Virus record (IMG/VR): IMGVR_UViG_3300025120_000038
From: an uncultured virus (IMG/VR IMGVR_UViG_3300025120_000038)
Lineage: Duplodnaviria; Heunggongvirae; Uroviricota; Caudoviricetes
Direction: 5' to 3' (one strand)
Length of the DNA stretch: 20,000 nt
In this document: one piece after another, positions 1 to 7,677 of the stretch
Numbering within the stretch: position 1 is the stretch's first letter
How the letters are laid out: the number at the start of each line of letters is the position of its first letter
Position numbers and translations under genes: made by a program
The notes under the pieces: generated by a model
What the model was told of the DNA's origin: nothing
Databases searched by the model: none
What the model saw: only the letters and a program-made list of their open reading frames with translations

Positions 1-3000
1 ATTATCAAAAGGCGAAATGTAATATGCTACTCCCGCAGATGTACCCGCAGGCGTATTTAAACTTCCCGGATCAGCACCAAATGTAATAGGGGTCCATATT
101 AATGTTGGTTTTAAAGTTGCCGCCCCGGTAACTGTTATAGTTCCTGCGGTTGCTGTTGCCGGAACTGTAATTGGAATTTCATATTCAATATTATCTCCAT
201 TTTGAACTGCAACTGTTGTTCCAACATTTGTACTGGCAGGCATACCACTGGTATTAATTACAATATTATTATTGTCAATATAATAATTAGAAAAAGCCGA
301 TGCTACAAACTCCACTTTATTACCACCTACTGTATTAAATATTTGAGAAGCCGGAGTTATTGCTGAATTAGAAATAGTATCTATTGTGTTTACAGTTAAC
401 AAAGCAACAGTAAAAGCTAAATCAGCTCCGGTACCACTAATATCTAATGTTTGTATAGAATTAGAAGAACCAACTACATGGGACACTTGAAAAACCAATT
501 GCCCATCTGTAACTGCTACAGGTGATGTTATATTTAAATTACTTCCAGCTGCTTGCGTTAAAATAATTTCAGGTGGAGAAGGAATAGGGTCAGTAAATTT
601 AAATTGTGAATTTAATGGAGAAACAAATATGGCCCAAAAAATTTGATCTCCTTGTTTATTTATGCTCGTATTAGCCCCACTAAATATAGAATTAGCTGCT
701 GAACCTGATAATTGTAATGAAGTATTAAAAGTATCTGCTGTTGTAGGTATAGTTCCAATATTACCAATATCTGTTTCTATATATTCTAACTCCCACCCCT
801 CAGTACCTTCATAAGCTAAAGTGTTAAATTGTTTTACTAAAGATGGTGCGTCATTAAAAATAGGTATTACGTAAGATTCTTGAGTCGTAGAATTATAAAA
901 ATTGTTTCTAGTAACATTAGGACTATGATGCTGCCACAAGCTTCCTCCACTAAATGTATAATAAGTATTATTTAATGATAAACCTCCTTCTTGTTTAAAC
1001 CCTCTAAATGAGGTCCATCCGCCAGATCTATCATCAAAACATATTGTTAGATATCCTTGTGAGGCAGTAGCCGCATTTGTGTCACTATTTCCATCAAAAC
1101 CAGAGCCTATTAAAGTTAATTCATATAGTCTACTATATTCGTCGTAGGATCCTATAATTTGTGTAGAAGCTTTTAATGCATCTCTAAAAAAATCACCACA
1201 GCCAATTGTTGATATTTCTTGCAATTGACCTTGTACTAATCTTAGTACAACACCCCTATTACTATCCGTAAAATATTGTGAAAAGCCATAAGTTGCCCAA
1301 GATTGTGGGTTTTTAGCTATACCAAATTGACCGGCTAATGGTGCTATTGTACCTAAAAATTGTGTATTACTAGTAACTGGAACAGCTCCACCTTCTGCAG
1401 AATATATAAAATCTTTATCAATTGGTGATCTAGAAACTTTATCTTCTTGAAATATATTTATAGCAGTATCATCTGTAAATAACTTTTGTACAGAACCATC
1501 TTGAGGGTCTAAAGATATAGTTAAACCACCTTCCGATTCATTAAATTGATTTATATAATTTATACCAGTTCTTGAATTTAAAAATCCACTAGAATGTATT
1601 AATGTATTACCTCTTCTTTCTTCAGTAAAATTTTCTTGTACCACATAAGCTCTTACACCTACATCAAAAAATGGTTGATTAAAGCCTGCTTTAATTCTAT
1701 TAATTTCTATATGATAACCTGCTGTAAAAGTAAGTAATATACAATTAAAAAATTCTATATCAATTGCCGTTGCGGTTAGCTCAGATACTAATCCTCCAGT
1801 AGATGTTTCAAAAAATATATCTAATTCAGAACTAACAGGTTCTGTTTCATATACAGCTAAACCTGAACTAACTGCAGCTCCGCTATTATTAATTGTGGTA
1901 ACTAAAGCATCTCCTGATGGATTTGCAATAGACTGTACAGACGTTAATGCACCTGCAGTTGGCGAATAAACATTACTACCATCTACATACTTAGGATAAA
2001 CAGATACGTTACAAGGAGATATTGTTGCAGAAGTACTTGGTGGTATTGCTGCTGTTTGATCTCTAGGAATTTTATTTATACTATCTCCTAATCTTTCAAT
2101 GTTATTAGCACTTGTAATTACAGATATCCAATTATAATATTCTTGTTCTCTTTGCTTTACAACAACTCTATACGAATAAGCCCACTCAGGTATTTGCGTT
2201 AGATCAGCAAAAGCAATTCTTAATGCATTAAAAGCTGAAGTTGAACTAGCGTCTCCTGTGTTTGGTTCTACAAATACGGTATCTACTCCTGAGCTCGATA
2301 ATATTACAGGAGATTGTCTTCCAAATTTATCTGCTAAAACAATACCAACTTGATATGTACGTCTTGATTTTACAGATTGATTTTCTAAATTGGATGATAA
2401 TCTAGCAGATGTTTCTCCTGTTCTTGAAACAGTAAAAGCTATTTGTGGAATATCAAAATTTTGTAAAAAATTACCATAAACTAACCTACCTCCAGCTACA
2501 TCTTGAGCTTTAGCTTTTAATGGAACCGCATCATATACTCTTGTTAATTGATCAGGTGGTAATGTTCTAAAAGGGTCAGTTGATGAATAAGTAAAATTAA
2601 CAAAAGGCTCAGTAGTAACCTCAGAATCATTAACCACATACAATGTGCCCGAAATAGTATCTTTATAAATTAGCTCCACATTTTTAATACCATAACCTGT
2701 TGGAGTTGGTATTTGTAATTGTACTTGATTGATTGCATTAACAAATGTTTCTATTTCTCCAAAATTACCAATTGAAGTACTAATAGTATCAGGTTCATTT
2801 ATTCTAGAAAACAATATTGGGCTAAAAGGTGCTAAAGTACTATATTCATTATCTTCAAATTGCCATCTATATGAAAATCTTATTAGCTTGTCCTGCATAA
2901 AAGTTGAAGATATGCTTGATTCTTTTGTTGCAGCAACTAAAGTTGGTGCTTCATATGGAGCAAATTTACATACTGATATTAAATTATCAATATTAGAAGC

Positions 3001-3480
3001 AGAGGTATAATATGACACATTATTTCTAGCCGTAACTACATTAATTTTTCTTGGGTAATTTCTATTATCTGTCCAAAACAATAAATCATCTACAATATTA
3101 ATTCCAGTAATAGGATAATTTTGATGTAAATTTAATTGTTGAGAAACTATTAATGCTGTAGTTTGTTTAGTTTTTTGATCGTACTCAAAAAGCCCATGCT
3201 GCCCGGAATTTATTTCATTATAAGTACTATTATTAGTAACAAAAAAATATATTTTTTCAGTTCTACTATCACTAACCACTCCAATGCTTTTAGCATTAGC
3301 AATATTACAATTTGCTACTAATTCATTACCTAATAAATTTTCAATAGAACCTACATCAGACGCTTCTGATTGCCCAATATTAACATTGAATGCCTCTCGG
3401 TAATCACCCGCAGGTATTATTCTATCATCTAAATCACGGTTCATTTTACCGCCATTAAATATTCTTTTTATTTCTGGCAT
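1..3480 (-). CDS. Tail stabilisation/muzzle protein (crAss-like, P22 gp10-like), 3'-truncated by window edge, >=1160 aa
   Basis: Not in the ORF track, consistent with no stop before the window edge. ATG at 3480; spot translation gives MPEIKRIFNGGKMNRDLDDRIIPAGDYREAFNVNIGQSEASDVGSIENLLGNE. Internal motifs RVYDAVPLKAKAQDVAGGRLVYGNF, SVKSRRTYQVGIVLADKFGRQSPV, FQEDKVS, FGIAKNPQSWATYG..YFTDSNRGVVLRL match my recollection of this family. It follows the ring-protein genes, as in crAss-like synteny. Confidence 0.85.
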   Translation of the reverse strand, partial: MPEIKRIFNGGKMNRDLDDRIIPAGDYREAFNVNIGQSEASDVGSIENLLGNELVANCNIANAKSIGVVSDSRTEKIYFFVTNNSTYNEINSGQHGLFEYDQKTKQTTALIVSQQLNLHQNYPITGINIVDDLLFWTDNRNYPRKINVVTARNNVSYYTSASNIDNLISVCKFAPYEAPTLVAATKESSISSTFMQDKLIRFSYRWQFEDNEYSTLAPFSPILFSRINEPDTISTSIGNFGEIETFVNAINQVQLQIPTPTGYGIKNVELIYKDTISGTLYVVNDSEVTTEPFVNFTYSSTDPFRTLPPDQLTRVYDAVPLKAKAQDVAGGRLVYGNFLQNFDIPQIAFTVSRTGETSARLSSNLENQSVKSRRTYQVGIVLADKFGRQSPVILSSSGVDTVFVEPNTGDASSTSAFNALRIAFADLTQIPEWAYSYRVVVKQREQEYYNWISVITSANNIERLGDSINKIPRDQTAAIPPSTSATISPCNVSVYPKYVDGSNVYSPTAGALTSVQSIANPSGDALVTTINNSGAAVSSGLAVYETEPVSSELDIFFETSTGGLVSELTATAIDIEFFNCILLTFTAGYHIEINRIKAGFNQPFFDVGVRAYVVQENFTEERRGNTLIHSSGFLNSRTGINYINQFNESEGGLTISLDPQDGSVQKLFTDDTAINIFQEDKVSRSPIDKDFIYSAEGGAVPVTSNTQFLGTIAPLAGQFGIAKNPQSWATYGFSQYFTDSNRGVVLRLVQGQLQEISTIGCGDFFRDALKASTQIIGSYDEYSRLYELTLIGSGFDGNSDTNAATASQGYLTICFDDRSGGWTSFRGFKQEGGLSLNNTYYTFSGGSLWQHHSPNVTRNNFYNSTTQESYVIPIFNDAPSLVKQFNTLAYEGTEGWELEYIETDIGNIGTIPTTADTFNTSLQLSGSAANSIFSGANTSINKQGDQIFWAIFVSPLNSQFKFTDPIPSPPEIILTQAAGSNLNITSPVAVTDGQLVFQVSHVVGSSNSIQTLDISGTGADLAFTVALLTVNTIDTISNSAITPASQIFNTVGGNKVEFVASAFSNYYIDNNNIVINTSGMPASTNVGTTVAVQNGDNIEYEIPITVPATATAGTITVTGAATLKPTLIWTPITFGADPGSLNTPAGTSAGVAYYISPFDN

Positions 3481-3489
3481 AAAATTATA

Positions 3490-4413
3490 TTAATGTTTTA
3501 TCCACTTAGCTTTATTTCTGAAAATATTAGTCATTTCATTAAGCTTCATATTTGCAATTCTTATTTTTGCATTTTGCATTTTAGCATAGGCTTCTTTTTT
3601 GTAAAGAGGAGCCGCAGGCATTGATGCTTGTCTTACTTTTGCTAAATTATACAACATATTTGCATATACTGCATCTTCTGCCATTTTAGGTACATATACA
3701 TTATCAAAATTACCATTATTTCCTAATCCATCTGATATATAAGTTAATGTAACATAAGTATCTTGTGCAAAATCTGAACTAAAATATATTTGTCCTGCAC
3801 TTAAATCTAATACAAAAGATCCGTTTATATTTTGATATTCAGGTGTTGAGCCATATCTAGCACCGTAATAACTAAAGTTATCACCGTAGTAATAACCATT
3901 ATAGTATTCCATTGTATCTTGTACAGTAACTAAATTATTAGTTGTTTGAAATCTTTTTAATGTTTCAGACTCTTCAGCGTATAATATATTTCCCTCTTGA
4001 TCGTACAAATATTTATATTCTTCATCTTGAGCAACCCCTTGATTAGCTTTAGTTAAGCCACTTGGTAATATAGGTCTTTGTACTCCTGCATTATCAGTGT
4101 AAGTTAAACTTATGTAATTAACATAATCTGAGGGCAATGACATTTGTAACGTAGAACTTAATTGTATTTCAATTGATTTTTCAGAATGAAATACATCATA
4201 ATTAAATTCTTGAACAGCTCTTTGTCCCCAAAAGGCTACTTCATATCTTGGAACTTTAGGCAGTGTTTTGCCATCTCCAACATAACCTATAATAAAATTA
4301 TTTATTACATCATTAAGGTTTGTTCTTCTATAGTATCCAGGTACTGCTAATCCAGTCCCTCCATCTAAAGCTGAGTAATTGTCTACGTCTAAAGGTCTTC
4401 TTGATATTGCCAT
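3490..4413 (-). CDS. Tail ring/tubular structural protein (crAss-like)
   Basis: 307-aa ORF with LPSDYVNY and YISDGL motifs and a basic C-terminus (FRNKAKWIKH). Lies between the tail adaptor and muzzle genes; coupled to the upstream gene by a TAATG overlap at 4413. Confidence 0.7.
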   Translation of the reverse strand: MAISRRPLDVDNYSALDGGTGLAVPGYYRRTNLNDVINNFIIGYVGDGKTLPKVPRYEVAFWGQRAVQEFNYDVFHSEKSIEIQLSSTLQMSLPSDYVNYISLTYTDNAGVQRPILPSGLTKANQGVAQDEEYKYLYDQEGNILYAEESETLKRFQTTNNLVTVQDTMEYYNGYYYGDNFSYYGARYGSTPEYQNINGSFVLDLSAGQIYFSSDFAQDTYVTLTYISDGLGNNGNFDNVYVPKMAEDAVYANMLYNLAKVRQASMPAAPLYKKEAYAKMQNAKIRIANMKLNEMTNIFRNKAKWIKH

Positions 4414-5156
4414 TATTGTTCAGTTGCTTGAAATTCTTGTTCTTTTGATTGTGCAAATCCCACCACATCAGCTTGTTTTATAACTACTCCTGCATATGCT
4501 AATATTGTAACTACTAACTCTTGAAATTCAGAAGGATGCAATTCGAAGTTGTATGATTTAGCTGGTGTGTCATAACTGTCATTTGCTGGATCAAAAACTG
4601 TTGGATCATAAATAGGTTCATTTGGTACACCCGCCGCTATTTGTGCGGCCGTAGGCATTAAATAACCCCACTTAGGTCTAACAGGATTTTTTAAATAATC
4701 AATACTTACTCCGGTAGTTACAGAACTTGGATATACTTTTATTCCATTTGAATTTAAAGTATAAACAGGTTGAGTAGCTACAGGATAAGTAAGAGGTGAT
4801 AAGTTAATATACTTAATATCCGAATGTGATGCTTTATCAGCAACAACATCATTAACGCTTACAACACCTAAAGATCGTAAGTCATCTGGGTATACATGAA
4901 TACCATTAGTTTCTGTTAAAATAGCATCTTTATAGAACACATTAATTTTTTCTGATACATTTAAAGTAGGATCAGAGAAATCACTTGTTAATGCAGAACT
5001 ACCTTCATAAGCCGCTTCTCTATTAAAATAAGATTCAAATATTTCATTTTGAGATTGATCGGCTAGTCTATTAAACTCTGCAGGTGTGATGTATCCTCTA
5101 TTGTCTTTGTTAGCTATTACAAGAACTGTTTGGTATACATTATTTATATTAACCAT
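4413..5156 (-). CDS. Head-tail adaptor/tail tubular ring protein (P22 gp4-like, crAss-like)
   Basis: 247-aa ORF with N-terminal VYQTVLVIANKDNRGYITPAEFN, DYLKNPVRPKWGY and FELHPSE...LVVTILAYAG motifs; syntenic with crAss-like ring proteins. Confidence 0.7.
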   Translation of the reverse strand: MVNINNVYQTVLVIANKDNRGYITPAEFNRLADQSQNEIFESYFNREAAYEGSSALTSDFSDPTLNVSEKINVFYKDAILTETNGIHVYPDDLRSLGVVSVNDVVADKASHSDIKYINLSPLTYPVATQPVYTLNSNGIKVYPSSVTTGVSIDYLKNPVRPKWGYLMPTAAQIAAGVPNEPIYDPTVFDPANDSYDTPAKSYNFELHPSEFQELVVTILAYAGVVIKQADVVGFAQSKEQEFQATEQ

Positions 5157-5181
5157 TTATTATTGTTTATTATTAATTTGT

Positions 5182-5212
5182 TGATATAGGATTAATTTCT
5201 TATCCTATATCA
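5182..5212. promoter_or_regulatory. Intergenic perfect inverted repeat (11-bp stem, 9-nt loop)
   Basis: TGATATAGGAT (5182-5192) / TAATTTCTT / ATCCTATATCA (5202-5212). There is no U-tract downstream on the coding (-) strand, so it is not a canonical intrinsic terminator. Confidence 0.6.
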
Positions 5213-5219
5213 GGTAAGC

Positions 5220-5999
5220 TTATGTAAGCTTTTTCATAAGAGATTTCATTAAATCAACTCCATCATCTGTTTTAAAATATTGTGCTAATGCACCATATGG
5301 GTGTTGATCAAATGGTACAGTAAGTATTTTTTTACCATTTGCAAATTTAAATACTGTATTATCATCAGTTAACATTATTATACCTTGTTCAGTAGCCCTA
5401 TTAGCTAAATTACGTAGTTTAATATCTTCATCTTCTGATAGCTCTATAAATAATGCAGGATTTTTTCTAGCAAATTTATATGCGTCTCTTTTTAATTCTT
5501 TTGAAGTCATACTTGAAACAGAAGAACCTAATTCGGTTCTCATGATAGCTTCTAAATGATTAATGTCTAAAGATTTTACTAAAGCTAATGCTTCTAATTC
5601 AAATTCTAAAACATCAATTTCGTCTGCTGCCATTTTCCCTAAATCAATTTCTCTCCAAAGTTTACCATTCCAAGGATGATATACAGATAATAACTTTTGT
5701 AAATTAGTTTCAGATCTTGGTACATATAGTGAACCATCTTGAAATAAAATATGAGTTAAAGTTACATATCCATCTTGTTCATCTACGAATAGTGATCTTT
5801 GATTTGTTGCAAGTCTTATTTCTCTATTTATTTTTAACCCTTCGTCCCAATATAATAAAGGTTTACGAGGAGTATGTTTTGCTTGTATCGTATAAGATAC
5901 TGGCGAGTTTTCGCCTAAAAGAACATAAGTTCTATCTTTATATTCCCAATTATCATCAACAGCTATAGTGCTGCTAATTTTTTGTGTTTTTGTTGTCAT
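5220..5999 (-). CDS. Conserved protein immediately downstream of MCP (crAss-like capsid-module protein, function unknown)
   Basis: 259-aa ORF with WEYKDRTY, F.DGSLYVP..E.NLQKLL..YHP and SKELKRD motifs; position directly after the capsid gene. Confidence 0.75.
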   Translation of the reverse strand: MTTKTQKISSTIAVDDNWEYKDRTYVLLGENSPVSYTIQAKHTPRKPLLYWDEGLKINREIRLATNQRSLFVDEQDGYVTLTHILFQDGSLYVPRSETNLQKLLSVYHPWNGKLWREIDLGKMAADEIDVLEFELEALALVKSLDINHLEAIMRTELGSSVSSMTSKELKRDAYKFARKNPALFIELSEDEDIKLRNLANRATEQGIIMLTDDNTVFKFANGKKILTVPFDQHPYGALAQYFKTDDGVDLMKSLMKKLT

Positions 6000-6018
6000 A
6001 ATAAAATAATATATAATA

Positions 6019-6049
6019 AGAATACTGGGCCCCGAAGGACCCGTATCCT
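6019..6049 (-). terminator. Probable (leaky) intrinsic terminator/stabilising hairpin after MCP, C(UUCG)G tetraloop
   Basis: Minus strand AGGATACGGGTCC-TTCG-GGGCCCAGTATTCT followed by TATTATATATTATTTT. GC-rich stem with G-U pairs and one bulge, about 12 nt after the MCP stop. Confidence 0.75.
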
Positions 6050-6061
6050 ATAGTTAAAAAA

Positions 6062-7657
6062 TTAAGCTTTAAATAATACGAAATTATTAGCAGCTTGTGT
6101 GATAAGACATCTTTCACTTAAGTAATTGATGTTCATCTCATCGATATCAGAAGTAGGTGAACCAGTTCCAACAGATCCTGTAATCCAAGACTTGTTTTTT
6201 CTGTTTTCCGTTTCTGATGCTCTATACCTAATGTGCAAGAATGGTCTTTTAATGTTTTGACCTAATTGTTGGTCATAAACTGTAGAAGTACCAGCAGGTA
6301 CTAATACACCTTCAACATCTCCAAAACCACCTCTTGTTGACCAATCATTTAAATATTTCCAGTCAGTTTTATAGAAGTCATAAGAACCTCTTCTGTATCC
6401 TGTAAATCCTAAATTAAGGGCCATGTCAGAGCTGTTGTTAAATACACCATAAGATGTACCATGCGAGTGGTTAGCTGTTCCAGCATAATTACCATTTTGC
6501 ATTGCAAGAATGTCATCAATTTCTAAAGATAGTTCTCTATTTAAGAATAACATATTTTCTTCAATTGCTCCTTGCTTATCTAGTTGTTTAAGAACGTTGT
6601 CAAAGTCAGTTAATGCACCACCACCTGCTTGCGCAGCTGCTTGTCCACCAAATCCTGAATAAACATTTCCTCTTGCCTCTAGAGCTTCAAAGAAACCTTC
6701 AGTACCTCTTGCCCCTTGTGCGGCTAAGCTACCTCCAAAAGTTCCAAGTGTAATTGCAGCACCACCGGCTACTTTTTTCACACCTTCGACCATTGACATT
6801 TCCATGTGGTCTTCCCATCTAAGTCTTACTTCATGCTCAGATTTAATATACCATAAATATCCACTTGCTCCATTCTCAGAAGTAACTTCAATCCAACCAA
6901 TCTGAGCAGTGTCAGATCCATTAATTGAATAGTTTTCTTTTAAGATAATAGGCGCATTAGTAAACGTAGCATATCCTGGATCTAAGCTTTCAGTAAAGTT
7001 TCCAGTACCTTTAGCAAATTCAGACCCATAAGCAATAGCAGTTACTCTATCTGCAGCACCAATAGCGCCGTGAGGAGCATATGCTTGAATTTGGAACATT
7101 TGTCCACCTGTAGTTGCACCAGCACCTGCACCAACGTTAGTACAAACTCCTTTTATTACAGCACCAGTTCCACCAACAGCAGAAGTTGCAGTTGTTTGAA
7201 TCTGAACCATTACAGTTTGGCCGATTTTAAAGTTTACTTGTGATGTTTGTGTAGCAGGACTAACCCCTAAACTTGAGGGTTGTGCAGCGGGTACTTCAAA
7301 ATTAAGTACCGCACCAGATGCAGCGCCAGCTCCAATAGCTGCTTGTCCACCTCCAGCGGCAGGCATTACGCCCGCGTTACCTCTTGGTATTACGTTTGCG
7401 TATCTAGTATGTAATCTTCCTTGCTCAGTCCAGATAATTTGATCTGAAGTGGAAGGCATCTCAGCAGAAACCATACGAAGGAAAGAACCAATAGATCTGT
7501 TTCCATATCTTTCGACTTCTTTTTCGTATACGTCTGGTAAAAATTGTTGTGTCCATTGATCAAAAGCCGCAGCTGTGAAATCAATGTAGTTCCCAGAGTA
7601 AAGTGTTTTAGTCTGGGTTGGTTGTAAAGCGGCGGGTACGCCAGCAGTAAAAGCCAT
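6062..7657 (-). CDS. Major capsid protein (HK97 fold, crAss-like)
   Basis: 531 aa. Motifs QQFLPDVYEKEVERYGNRSIGSFLRMVSAEMP..SDQIIWTEQGRLH, YGSEFAKG, INGSDTAQIGWIEV, GYLWY, GFTGYRRGSYDFYKTDWKYLND, RPFLHIRYR, LSERCL. Follows portal and scaffold. Confidence 0.92.
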   Translation of the reverse strand: MAFTAGVPAALQPTQTKTLYSGNYIDFTAAAFDQWTQQFLPDVYEKEVERYGNRSIGSFLRMVSAEMPSTSDQIIWTEQGRLHTRYANVIPRGNAGVMPAAGGGQAAIGAGAASGAVLNFEVPAAQPSSLGVSPATQTSQVNFKIGQTVMVQIQTTATSAVGGTGAVIKGVCTNVGAGAGATTGGQMFQIQAYAPHGAIGAADRVTAIAYGSEFAKGTGNFTESLDPGYATFTNAPIILKENYSINGSDTAQIGWIEVTSENGASGYLWYIKSEHEVRLRWEDHMEMSMVEGVKKVAGGAAITLGTFGGSLAAQGARGTEGFFEALEARGNVYSGFGGQAAAQAGGGALTDFDNVLKQLDKQGAIEENMLFLNRELSLEIDDILAMQNGNYAGTANHSHGTSYGVFNNSSDMALNLGFTGYRRGSYDFYKTDWKYLNDWSTRGGFGDVEGVLVPAGTSTVYDQQLGQNIKRPFLHIRYRASETENRKNKSWITGSVGTGSPTSDIDEMNINYLSERCLITQAANNFVLFKA

Positions 7658-7677
7658 AGTGTTTTGATTTTAAGTTG

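Noticed and set aside
7390..7584. 64-aa +1-frame ORF within MCP containing a hydrophobic stretch
   Set aside because: The whole MCP gene is relatively GC-rich and Gly/Ala-rich, so +1 ORFs of this size are expected. There is no distinct local island or known motif. Still worth including in any synonymous-constraint scan.
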